Below, in pieces: positions 7,691 to 15,908 of a stretch of 17,316 bases of DNA. The position numbers were made by a program, and so were the translations under genes. The number at the start of each line of letters is the position of its first letter. Within the stretch, counting starts at the first letter, position 1. Location: assembly GCA_043767805.1 (NCBI GenBank), contig JAYUGC010000022.1, positions 1 through 17,316 on the forward strand, read 5' to 3'. The stretch is from Pseudomonadota bacterium (GTDB lineage: Bacteria > Bdellovibrionota > FAC87 > UBA2466). A model generated the notes under the pieces. That model saw nothing but the letters and a program-made list of their open reading frames with translations, was not told where the DNA came from and ran no database searches.

Positions 7691-8998
7691 ATGAGACTCT
7701 GCGTGATGGGTACGGGTTACGTCGGGTTAGTGGCGGGATCTTGTTTTTCGGATTCCGGTAACCACGTAACTTGCGTCGATGTCGATCAGGACAAGATCAA
7801 CCGGCTCAATAAGGGCGAGGTTCCCATTTACGAGCCAGGTCTCGAAGAGATCATCGCTCGTAACGCCAAGACCGGGCGCCTTCGCTTTTCGACCGACGCG
7901 AAAAGCGCCATCGAAACGGCGGACGCGGTCTTCATCGCGGTGGGAACACCTCAAGGTTCCGACGGATCGTCGAATCTCGATTACGTGAGGAAAGCTGTCG
8001 CCACCATCCGCGACACCATCAAGCAAGACACGTTAGTGGTCTTGAAAAGCACGGTTCCCGTCGGCACCGCCGACGAGGTTCGCAAGATCATGCAGGGAGC
8101 GAAGGCCAAGTTCGAAGTGGTCTCCAACCCTGAGTTCCTGAAAGAAGGAACGGCCATCAACGATTTTCTAAAGCCCGAGCGAGTCGTCATCGGCTGCTCT
8201 TCAGACTGGGCACGCCGCTTGATGACGGATCTCTACGATCCGTACGTCCGTTCGGGTAATCCCATTCACTTCATGAGCAACCGCTCGGCGGAGCTCTCGA
8301 AGTACGCGGCGAACGCCTTTCTCGCTATGAAGATTTCCTACATTAATGACATGGCCCAGCTCTCGGAGCGCATCGGCGCGGACATTCACGACGTCAGAAA
8401 AGCGATCGTGTCCGATAGCCGCATCGGCAACAAGTTCCTCTACCCCGGCTGTGGCTACGGCGGCTCGTGTTTCCCGAAAGACGTGCTGGCGCTCATTCAC
8501 CTGGGTAAAGAGCATCAGTTTCCCTTGAGCTTGTTCTCGGCGATTCACGACATCAACGAACGGCAGAAGAAGGTGATCTTCGAGAAGATCCGCCGCCACT
8601 TCGGCTCGAACCTGAAGGGCAAGACCATCGGGGTGTGGGGGCTTTCCTTCAAGCCTCAGACCGACGATATGCGCGAGGCGCCTTCGGTGAGCCTCATCAC
8701 GAGCCTGCTCGAAGCCGGGTGCAAAGTGCGCGCCTACGATCCCGTCGCGCTCCACGAAGCGAAACGGCATTTCGAGAACAAGGTGGAGCTTTTCTCGGAC
8801 GGCTACGAAGCGCTCCAAAAGTGCGACGCCTTGGCGATTATGACGGAGTGGAACGAGTTTCGCTCTCCGGATTTCGCGCTCATCAAGAAGGAGCTCAGCG
8901 AGCCCCTCATCTTCGACGGCCGTAACATTTACAACCCCGAGAGCATGCAGCACTTGGGCTTCACCTATTATTGTATCGGAGCGCCGGATCCCACATGA
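7691..8998 (+). CDS. ugd: UDP-glucose 6-dehydrogenase
   Basis: Rossmann motif GTGYVG, FIAVGTP, KSTVPVGT, SNPEFLKEG, catalytic GYGGSCFPKD, FKPQTDDMRE and IFDGRN. Confidence 0.95.
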   Translation: MRLCVMGTGYVGLVAGSCFSDSGNHVTCVDVDQDKINRLNKGEVPIYEPGLEEIIARNAKTGRLRFSTDAKSAIETADAVFIAVGTPQGSDGSSNLDYVRKAVATIRDTIKQDTLVVLKSTVPVGTADEVRKIMQGAKAKFEVVSNPEFLKEGTAINDFLKPERVVIGCSSDWARRLMTDLYDPYVRSGNPIHFMSNRSAELSKYAANAFLAMKISYINDMAQLSERIGADIHDVRKAIVSDSRIGNKFLYPGCGYGGSCFPKDVLALIHLGKEHQFPLSLFSAIHDINERQKKVIFEKIRRHFGSNLKGKTIGVWGLSFKPQTDDMREAPSVSLITSLLEAGCKVRAYDPVALHEAKRHFENKVELFSDGYEALQKCDALAIMTEWNEFRSPDFALIKKELSEPLIFDGRNIYNPESMQHLGFTYYCIGAPDPT

Positions 8999-9951
8999 AA
9001 TCTCCCAAACTCGCAGGCCGATATCTCATTACGGGCGCGGCGGGCTTCATCGGCTCTCATCTGACCGAGCGTCTCTTGAAAGACGGCGCCGAGGTAGTGG
9101 GCGTCGATAACTACATCACGGGGCGGCCTCACAACATCAAGCCGTTCCTCGGCAACAAGCGCTTCGAGTTTATCGAGAGAGACATCATCACCCCCTTCGA
9201 GGTCGACGGCGACCTCGAAGGTATTTTTCATCTGGCGAGCCCCGCGAGTCCCGTGGATTACGCCAAGTGGCCCATCGAGACCCTGCGCGTGGGCTCAGTG
9301 GGCAGCGACAACACGCTTCAAATCGCGGATAAGAAGAAGTGCACGATTCTCGTCGCCTCCACCTCCGAGATTTACGGCGATCCGCTGGAGCATCCCCAGA
9401 AGGAAACCTACTGGGGCAACGTGAACTCCATTGGGCCTCGAGGCTGTTACGACGAGTCCAAGCGATATCTGGAAGCAGTCACCATGGCGTACCACCGCGC
9501 GCGCCAGACCTCGACCCGCATCATCCGCATTTTCAATACCTACGGCCCGCGCATGCGCACGGATGACGGCCGCGTGGTCCCGAATTTTTTCATGCAGGCG
9601 CTCGCCGGCCAGAACCTGACTGTGTACGGAAAGGGCGAACAGACGAGAAGCTTCTGTTATGTCGACGATCTCGTCGAAGGAATGCTGCGGGTCTTCTCGC
9701 AAGATTCCACCGAGCCGTTCAATTTGGGTAACCCCAACGAAATGACGATCCTGCAGTTCGCGGAGCGCATCCGCAAGGTTTGCCAGGCGAAGATCGACAT
9801 CATCTACAAGCCGCTGCCCCAGGACGATCCGACGAAGCGCAAGCCGGATATCACCAAGGCGAGAGAGCGCCTGGGCTGGGAGCCTCAGGTGGACTTGGAT
9901 TCGGGTCTGAAAGCCTGTTACGACTATTTCAAGGCCCAGTCGGCCTTATGA
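8995..9951 (+). CDS. UDP-glucuronate decarboxylase (UDP-xylose synthase-like extended SDR)
   Basis: GAAGFIG, HLASPASP, STSEIYGDP, YWGNVN, catalytic YDESK, RIFNTYGP and QTRSFCYV. ATG 8995 overlaps the ugd stop (ATGA). Confidence 0.92.
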   Translation: MKSPKLAGRYLITGAAGFIGSHLTERLLKDGAEVVGVDNYITGRPHNIKPFLGNKRFEFIERDIITPFEVDGDLEGIFHLASPASPVDYAKWPIETLRVGSVGSDNTLQIADKKKCTILVASTSEIYGDPLEHPQKETYWGNVNSIGPRGCYDESKRYLEAVTMAYHRARQTSTRIIRIFNTYGPRMRTDDGRVVPNFFMQALAGQNLTVYGKGEQTRSFCYVDDLVEGMLRVFSQDSTEPFNLGNPNEMTILQFAERIRKVCQAKIDIIYKPLPQDDPTKRKPDITKARERLGWEPQVDLDSGLKACYDYFKAQSAL

Positions 9952-11210
9952 CTTTCTCGAAGTCCGTTCCCGTTTTTCTGGAACAGGCCTTGCCCTGGGT
10001 TTTTGGCGCTTATCTAGTCTCTCTTGTCTGCTCCATGTCCGGCATGGAGGTGTTCTCGTCGCTTTGCCTTCTCTATTCTATCTGGCATTTCAAAACCCGG
10101 CGTCCTGAGAAGCGGCCACCAATGCCCGCCTTTCTCCCTGCGTTGGCCGCCTTCGCGGTCGTGGTCGCCATCGGCATCTTTTTAGGGAAAGCGACGGACG
10201 CCGAGAAATGGCAGGACGCGGGTAAGCTGCGCTTTTTCGTTTGGTACGTCGGTCTCTATTATCTGCTTCGCTATCCCTTGCGGGACTTTCGGTGGCTCCC
10301 CGTCCTGGCCGGAGCCTGCGCGCTCATGGCCATTTACGGGACTTGCCAGCACTTCATGCCGCTCGATCTATTTCACGCGGCCGGAAAAAAGATTTATCTT
10401 TTCGCCATTCCCGAAACGCGCACCGGGCCCCTGGTTATCGGCGCGTTCAATCATCACCTGACTTTCTCAAACGTCTTTCTATTTCCGGCCTCGATTTTCT
10501 TTTCCCTCGGGGTCGGCGATCCCCGCCGGCGCTGGGCTTACTTGTTCTTGGGGCTGGTCCTTTTCCTCCTTTGCCTCTGGACGCAGAGCCGGGCGGCCTG
10601 GATGGCGGTCCCCATTACCGCTTTCGTTATCGCTTTGGGAAAGAGCGGGCGTCTCGCCGTTGGGGCCGCGCTCGCGGCGGTGGTGGCTCTGACGACGCTC
10701 TACTATACGGACGCCGGCTTTCATCAGAGATTCGAGCGGACCTTTTTTCAAAAAGATGATTTTTACAACGGCGGCCCTCGCACGCGTTTATGGAAAGCCA
10801 ACTGGGAGATGTTCAAGGATCATCCTTGGGTAGGCGTCGGCTGGAACAATAACGAGCGGCTTTCCAAAGCTTACGTCGACAAACTTTACCCGGCGCAAAA
10901 AGATAATTTTTACGGGCACGCGCATTCCGAGCCGATTCAAATCCTCGCGACGACGGGGATTCTGGGAATGGTAACCTTCCTGGTGCTTTGGGCGGCGGTG
11001 TTTTTGCGTCTAGCGCGGGCTACTTTGCGTTTGTCGCTGGATGGCCCCGAGCGTTGGCTGGCTTTGGGTCTCCTGGGTGGCTTCATCGGCTTTCACCTCC
11101 AGGGGCTCACTCAGTGGAACTTCGGCGATGCCGAGGTCCTGCATAACGTCGTCTTTTACTGGGTCATCGCGGCGGGGTTAGGCCAGCCGCGTTTCGTGCC
11201 CAAGACTTAG
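9948..11210 (+). CDS. O-antigen ligase family (WaaL/Wzy_C-like) membrane protein
   Basis: Many TM helices. Motifs TQSRAAW, RTRLWKANWEMFKDHPWVGVG and HAHSEPIQILATTGILG. ATG 9948 overlaps the upstream stop (ATGA), so the ORF-track extension from 9780 is probably not real. Confidence 0.88.
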   Translation: MTFSKSVPVFLEQALPWVFGAYLVSLVCSMSGMEVFSSLCLLYSIWHFKTRRPEKRPPMPAFLPALAAFAVVVAIGIFLGKATDAEKWQDAGKLRFFVWYVGLYYLLRYPLRDFRWLPVLAGACALMAIYGTCQHFMPLDLFHAAGKKIYLFAIPETRTGPLVIGAFNHHLTFSNVFLFPASIFFSLGVGDPRRRWAYLFLGLVLFLLCLWTQSRAAWMAVPITAFVIALGKSGRLAVGAALAAVVALTTLYYTDAGFHQRFERTFFQKDDFYNGGPRTRLWKANWEMFKDHPWVGVGWNNNERLSKAYVDKLYPAQKDNFYGHAHSEPIQILATTGILGMVTFLVLWAAVFLRLARATLRLSLDGPERWLALGLLGGFIGFHLQGLTQWNFGDAEVLHNVVFYWVIAAGLGQPRFVPKT

Positions 11211-11352
11211 GAGGCCTAAATGCGAGTCCTCTGCTTTTTTTCGTACTGAGCTTGTATCATTTGCAACGCGGCATTGCTGAAACCCTAGGCGCCTTGAACA
11301 CTCCAGGCACGGCCACCTGCGCCACGAGGAGTCTCAACCTACTTTTACCGGG

Positions 11353-11381
11353 TTGTTGCGGGTTTCGAAGGTGGTTATAAT
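11353..11381 (+). promoter_or_regulatory. Putative sigma70 promoter of the PilZ gene
   Basis: TTGTTG (11353-11358), a 17 nt spacer and a perfect TATAAT (11376-11381), 55 nt upstream of ATG 11437. Confidence 0.6.
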
Positions 11382-11436
11382 TAGAACTGACCTTTCTAAG
11401 CCCCTAACCTAAAACGCACCTACAATTTAAATCCCG

Positions 11437-11916
11437 ATGGATAAGCGCAAATCCAAAAGCCCCGGCGGCGGTGGTAAGGACAAGAAAATCGTCGATCTCA
11501 GCAGCTACCGGAAGAACCGGGATGAGGAGCGTCGCCGCGAGTATGAGCGCGTTCTCTTCAACCGCGTCCTCGGGGTGTATAGCTTCGCCGAGAAGGTCGG
11601 TCTGCATCACGTCGAAGTGTGCGACATCAGCTTCTCCGGCATCCGTTTCAAGGAAGAGCGTCCCGAGACGCCCCTGAAGCTAGGTCAGAAGATCGCGCTG
11701 CGTTTTTACTTCACGCCCAACTCTTATCTCCGCCTCGTCGTCGACGTGAAGCGCGTCAATCCGTTCCAGGAAGATGGTCGCGACGGGTTGGAGTACGGCT
11801 GCGAGCTCGATAAGAACACCAAGTCTTACGAAGCGCTCAAGCAGCTCATCTCGTTCATGTATAAGTACGCGGAAATCGCGTGCGAGGACGAGAACCCCCC
11901 GATGATCTGGTTCTAG
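11437..11916 (+). CDS. PilZ domain protein (probable c-di-GMP receptor)
   Basis: RxxxR switch (RREYER) and DxSxxG (DISFSG), followed by the PilZ beta-barrel pattern ending EYGCE. Confidence 0.85.
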   Translation: MDKRKSKSPGGGGKDKKIVDLSSYRKNRDEERRREYERVLFNRVLGVYSFAEKVGLHHVEVCDISFSGIRFKEERPETPLKLGQKIALRFYFTPNSYLRLVVDVKRVNPFQEDGRDGLEYGCELDKNTKSYEALKQLISFMYKYAEIACEDENPPMIWF

Positions 11917-11942
11917 ATCCCGGAGGGTTCTCTTATTTCGTG

Positions 11943-11960
11943 GCCTTCCTCAAGGAAGGC
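11943..11960. terminator. Hairpin, possible terminator between convergent genes
   Basis: Perfect inverted repeat GCCTTCCT-CA-AGGAAGGC 26 nt after the PilZ stop. There is no strong U-tract on either side. Confidence 0.35.
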
Positions 11961-12218
11961 TCTATTGCCCGCATTTCTGCTGGGTAGAGAAGCTGGCTAA
12001 AATACCAGACGTGTTCTGAGCGTCCGAGGCGGCGTGTTTCACCGCTTCGTCAAAAATGGCGCGCACGTTTGTGAAATCTCGCTGTGCGCGGCTCAAAAAC
12101 TCCATCGGCGAGGTAATCACCGGCATTGTCCGTGATAATTTTTTCGGCTCGATTCGGTGACGAGTCTCGTCTCTATATGAAGCGGACTAAGCGCCTCATC
12201 CCGTTTGTGGTGTGAGCT

Positions 12219-12917
12219 CTACGCTTCGCTCGGAAGCAAAGACCACGGCCCACGGATCTTTTCCGTGTCGATGTCCTTGCAATACGGGAAGAGAAAGAGC
12301 CCGAGCCGGTGCAGCTCGCGCAGAGTCAGTCCGCCTTCGGGAATTACCATCTCCACGGAAAAATCCGGACTGATGGGAAAGGCTACTTTGCGAACGCCGC
12401 TACGGGGCGGAGATTGGGTGTTGGTCTCGATTTCCGCCTCGGCTTTGATGGCCTCGGCGGCTTTTTCGACCTGGGGCGTCGGCTTCTTGGTTTTGCGCTC
12501 CGCCTTTTCCTTGCGCGCTTCCTGATGCACGGCCCGCGCCGCTTTATCCGTCAGCGATCGCTCCCAAGCGAAAGGATCCGCGCTCCAGCCCTGAAAATCC
12601 TCGATGGAGCTCTTCACGCGCGACTTGTACACCTTCAGCGTGGATGCCTGAACATTGGTGTTCTTGTTGCGGAAGCGGTGAATGAGCACGTCGAGATTGG
12701 AGAGGATGAACGTGAGACTGTCCTCCTCCTCGTTCAAGACGGAAAACAAATTGTGGCAGGCGGTGAGACGACAGGTGACCGCGTGCTCGTTCAAAATGGA
12801 TTTGCGAGAAGCGAACTCGAGAAATTTGATTACTTCTTCGGTATCGCGAATGAGCGACATCTGATTGCCGCCGCAAACGATCTTCATCTTCTTTTCTTTT
12901 GCACTGGATTGGTGCAT
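12219..12917 (-). CDS. Hypothetical protein, possibly DNA-binding (helical N-domain, charged linker, small C-domain)
   Basis: A protein-like 232 aa ORF that fills the gap between known genes. An AGGAG SD lies 10 nt before ATG 12917, with alternative ATGs at 12887 and 12860. Confidence 0.75.
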   Translation of the reverse strand: MHQSSAKEKKMKIVCGGNQMSLIRDTEEVIKFLEFASRKSILNEHAVTCRLTACHNLFSVLNEEEDSLTFILSNLDVLIHRFRNKNTNVQASTLKVYKSRVKSSIEDFQGWSADPFAWERSLTDKAARAVHQEARKEKAERKTKKPTPQVEKAAEAIKAEAEIETNTQSPPRSGVRKVAFPISPDFSVEMVIPEGGLTLRELHRLGLFLFPYCKDIDTEKIRGPWSLLPSEA

Positions 12918-12948
12918 CGCGCTAAGTCTCCTGCTTTTGCTACTGACG

Positions 12949-13015
12949 GAAATCCGGGGATTTCTAACTAAGTATCACACTGATTGTCGTACGTTAATCG
13001 GGGATTTGCCAAATC
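12949..13015. promoter_or_regulatory. Cluster of palindromic/direct-repeat boxes with a putative extended -10 for the 12917 gene
   Basis: GAAATCC-GG-GGATTTC (12949-12964), a second AATCGGGGATTT copy (12996-13007) and GATTTG-C-CAAATC (13003-13015). Minus-strand TGtGATACT extended -10 at 12971-12979. Confidence 0.4.
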
Positions 13016-13039
13016 TTGTTATTACTTACGATGGATTTT

Positions 13040-13822
13040 TCACGTCGACAAGAGACGAGATACGACCTCTTGAAACCCAGATCCATAGGGCTTCTTCGCG
13101 AGGTATTTCGGCAGCGTTTTCATACGAGGGGCGAAATGCGCGAGATTGGCGACACCGACGGAGAAATCGAAGAACTCGAAAAGCGGCTCGTCATTGGGAG
13201 AGTCGCCGCAGTAGACGACGTTGTCCCGCGTGACGCCTTTGATCTTCGCCGGACCGTCGAGAAGATAACGGCACGCGGTAACTTTGGTGTGGGTGCCGTA
13301 CCAGTAGTTCACGTGGATGGAGCTCAGCTTGAAAGTGATCTCCGGAAAACGGGCGAGCTCAGACAAAACGAGCTCGAGCTCCGTTTCCGAAAGCCGCGGC
13401 GGATCTTCGGTGAAGTCGATGGCGAAATCAAAAAGCCGGTAGGCCTGATCGGAGGCGAGCTTCAGGTGCGGGATCTTCTTTTTGATTCCATCGAAAATTT
13501 CCTGGAGCTTGGCGCGCTGGATTTCGCGCGGCGTGCCGGAAGCCAGATTCACCACTTCCGTCTTCTCCGGCCCGCGGATGAAAACTCCCGCGCCGTTCTC
13601 AAACACCATGGCATCGATGGGCCAGAGGCGCATGAGAGCGTCGGCCCAGCCGGCGGGACGGCCCGATACGATCGTGACCCAGTACCCCTTTTCCCGGAGC
13701 CGGCAAAGGGAGGCGAACGTGCTTCCCTCGATCGCGCCATTTTCGGTGAGCGTGTCGTCCAGGTCCGTGAAGACCGCTTTGATCTTTTTGGCCGGGAGCT
13801 CGGAAAGAGAAAGCCAGTTCAT
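13040..13822 (-). CDS. HAD-IIB (Cof-like) hydrolase/phosphatase
   Basis: Motif I FTDLDDTLT, motif II VSGRP, FENGA, motif III Lys (HTK) and motif IV GDSPND. ATG 13822 overlaps the TetR stop (ATGA). Confidence 0.9.
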   Translation of the reverse strand: MNWLSLSELPAKKIKAVFTDLDDTLTENGAIEGSTFASLCRLREKGYWVTIVSGRPAGWADALMRLWPIDAMVFENGAGVFIRGPEKTEVVNLASGTPREIQRAKLQEIFDGIKKKIPHLKLASDQAYRLFDFAIDFTEDPPRLSETELELVLSELARFPEITFKLSSIHVNYWYGTHTKVTACRYLLDGPAKIKGVTRDNVVYCGDSPNDEPLFEFFDFSVGVANLAHFAPRMKTLPKYLAKKPYGSGFQEVVSRLLST

Positions 13823-14523
13823 GCGTGGAGACCGGGTTGTGTCCGGGGGCGGCGCGTGGGCCGGCCCGTAGGTTGAGGATCGCGGGCGATTCCCGCGAGG
13901 ATCTGCTCGATCATCTGTTTGACGAAGTCCTCTTGGCGGAAGGCAAAGAGATGGCCCCGGCCCGTGCCGTCGAAAAGCTTGTGGCAGCCGAGTAAAATTC
14001 CCCAAAGCAAGAAGACCGTTCTCAAGGCTTCGTCTTCTTCCTGCGCTCTGAGCTCGCTCGACGTCAGAATGTAATTTTTGAGCCGATCGAGGCTTGTCAG
14101 GGTAACGCTCATCAAGCGGGTGAGGGTGGTTCCCTGAATCTGGACCTGCTTCAAGCCTTTGTAGGAGTACATCAGCATGTCGAAGTACTCCCCGTAGGGA
14201 CCATAGAACTCGAAAAAGGCCTGGGCTATCTCGCCGAGCACGCTTGCTGCCGGCGGCGCTCGCCGGGGGGTCGACGCTTTGGCGAGAATCCCTTCGACTT
14301 CCGAATCAAATTGCTCGGCGCCTTTAAGGGCGAGAGAGGCGAAAATGTCTTCCTTGGACTGGAAGTAGCGATAAATGAGGCCGACGGAGATCTCGGCTTC
14401 CTTAGCCACGTCCTGAAGGGTGGTGTTTAGAAATCCCTTGGTCTCGAAACGCCGGCGCGCGGCTTCCACGATGTCGTTGGAGCGGCGTCGGCGCTCTCTT
14501 TCTTTACGTTCTTTGACTCCCAC
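13819..14523 (-). CDS. TetR/AcrR family transcriptional regulator
   Basis: N-terminal HTH IVEAARRRFETKGFLNTTLQDVAKEAEISVGLIYRYFQSKEDIF, preceded by the common MGVKERKERER leader. Confidence 0.92.
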   Translation of the reverse strand: MGVKERKERERRRRSNDIVEAARRRFETKGFLNTTLQDVAKEAEISVGLIYRYFQSKEDIFASLALKGAEQFDSEVEGILAKASTPRRAPPAASVLGEIAQAFFEFYGPYGEYFDMLMYSYKGLKQVQIQGTTLTRLMSVTLTSLDRLKNYILTSSELRAQEEDEALRTVFLLWGILLGCHKLFDGTGRGHLFAFRQEDFVKQMIEQILAGIARDPQPTGRPTRRPRTQPGLHA

Positions 14524-14529
14524 GGGCGA

Positions 14530-14558
14530 ACACTAATCCGCCTGGGTACGGGTTTCAA
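14530..14558 (-). promoter_or_regulatory. Putative sigma70 promoter giving a leaderless tetR transcript
   Basis: Minus strand: TTGAAA (14558-14553), a 17 nt spacer, TAGTGT (14535-14530), then 6 nt to the GTG start at 14523. No SD is present. Confidence 0.55.
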
Positions 14559-14618
14559 GGTGGGGGAGGAGAGGGAGGTTGACAGGGGTTCCCGCAGCCG
14601 AGAAGAGAAGGGAAACGC

Positions 14619-15908
14619 ATGGACACTCTCTGGCCCTCCGAAAAAAGAGCCCCTTGGTATGCGCTCGTATTCGGAGTCTTTCTGATTACGCTCGAGTGGT
14701 ATTGCTCCCCGGCGATTCTCCGCCAGGCCCAGGAGATAAAGCAGTTCTACAGTTACGGGGTCACTCGCAGCCTCTACGAGAACGGTGTCGATCTCTCCAA
14801 AACCTATCTGCCTTGCACGGACGTTCGCGATGGGTCCTATCCGCGGCCTTGGGCGGAGGAGCCGCCGACTTTCTATTTGTACGCGGTCTCCTTTGCGAAG
14901 CTCGGGTTTCTCAACCCGGCGATTCCCGCTTTTATCGTCAGTCTTTTTACGTTAGCGGGGTTTTGGCTGCTCGCGGCCGCGCTCGCTCCGGGGGATCGGC
15001 GTAAAACTTTTTATCTCTGGGCGTCGCTCGCGGGAACGCCGCTTTTCCTGCGCGTCTTTTCGGTCCACATGCCCGATACCATGGCGACTCTTTTCGTTTT
15101 GGCGGGAGCACTTTTGCTCTACCAGCGGCCCAAGCTCCATTGGCTCGCCTATTTCTGTTTCGTCTTTGCCGTAACGACGAAAGCGTACGCGATTTTTCCC
15201 GTCACCTTTCTGATGTTTTGGTCGCTTTTCCAGGATCCGCAAGGAGCGTTACGCCGTCTCCCCGCCTGGCTGCGCGCGGGACTTTGGGCGGGGGCTATCG
15301 GACTTGCCGCCGTGCCCTTTCTCTACTGGGTGTATTGGCTTTGGACCACGCAGCTCCCCAATCCCTACAACTTCAGCTCGGCTCTGACCAACCGGCACTC
15401 GGGGGCCTGGGCGGTGCTTCTTTCCGCGCGCTTTTGGGATCGCATCCTGACCTTCGTCGGGACCAAGGGGCTTGGCTGGGTTCTGTTTCCCTGTGCGCTC
15501 ATTCACGCGTGGCATCTGCTCCGCCGAAACTCACTGCGCCTTCGCGCGGAAACGTTCCTGCTTACCTGGGCGGCGAGCGGAATCGCTTTTTGGCTGCTCG
15601 TTCGGGTAGGGCACAGCGTTCACGATCACTACGTGCTTCAGTACTACATTCCTCTCGTGGTTCTGGGCGGGCTCTTTCTCCATTCCCTCGACTCTCGCCG
15701 GTGGCTCGGCCCGGCCCTTCTCGGTTTGAGCGTCGCGATGGGAATCGCCAATCCACTTCTGTGGCGGGCCCGGGGACTAAACGCCCAGCCGGCCAAGTTT
15801 TGCTGGTCCGAGGAGTACAGTCTCACCGGCTTTCCCAAGGGAAAGCCGGGCAAATTCCCCTTTCCCTGGCTTGGCCGCTTTCTCGATCCGGCCGAACGGA
15901 CCCCCTGA
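14619..15908 (+). CDS. GT-C fold membrane glycosyltransferase (ArnT/PMT_2-like, GT39/GT83-type)
   Basis: About 10 or more TM helices. The first periplasmic loop has an acidic-proline motif (WAEEPPTFY), followed by HMPDTMA, TTKAY and HDHYVLQY. Confidence 0.7.
   Translation: MDTLWPSEKRAPWYALVFGVFLITLEWYCSPAILRQAQEIKQFYSYGVTRSLYENGVDLSKTYLPCTDVRDGSYPRPWAEEPPTFYLYAVSFAKLGFLNPAIPAFIVSLFTLAGFWLLAAALAPGDRRKTFYLWASLAGTPLFLRVFSVHMPDTMATLFVLAGALLLYQRPKLHWLAYFCFVFAVTTKAYAIFPVTFLMFWSLFQDPQGALRRLPAWLRAGLWAGAIGLAAVPFLYWVYWLWTTQLPNPYNFSSALTNRHSGAWAVLLSARFWDRILTFVGTKGLGWVLFPCALIHAWHLLRRNSLRLRAETFLLTWAASGIAFWLLVRVGHSVHDHYVLQYYIPLVVLGGLFLHSLDSRRWLGPALLGLSVAMGIANPLLWRARGLNAQPAKFCWSEEYSLTGFPKGKPGKFPFPWLGRFLDPAERTP

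Noticed and set aside
9780..9947. N-terminal extensions in the ORF track (9780, 8971 and 14005 starts)
   Set aside because: They overlap neighbouring genes. ATGA-coupled starts at 9948, 8995 and 13822 fit better.
11917..13039. c-di-GMP riboswitch near the PilZ gene
   Set aside because: Isolated GGCAAA and GAAA-loop elements exist on the minus strand, but not in the arrangement of the c-di-GMP-I consensus.
13016..13876. 286 aa ORF antisense to the HAD hydrolase
   Set aside because: Antisense shadow of a well-supported gene with no recognisable domain. The same applies to 8201-8953, 12309-12971, 1127-1738 and 16001-16543.
14579..14607. Perfect TTGACA upstream of the GT-C gene
   Set aside because: There is no acceptable -10 hexamer at 16-18 nt spacing (the sequence there is GAAGAG-like).
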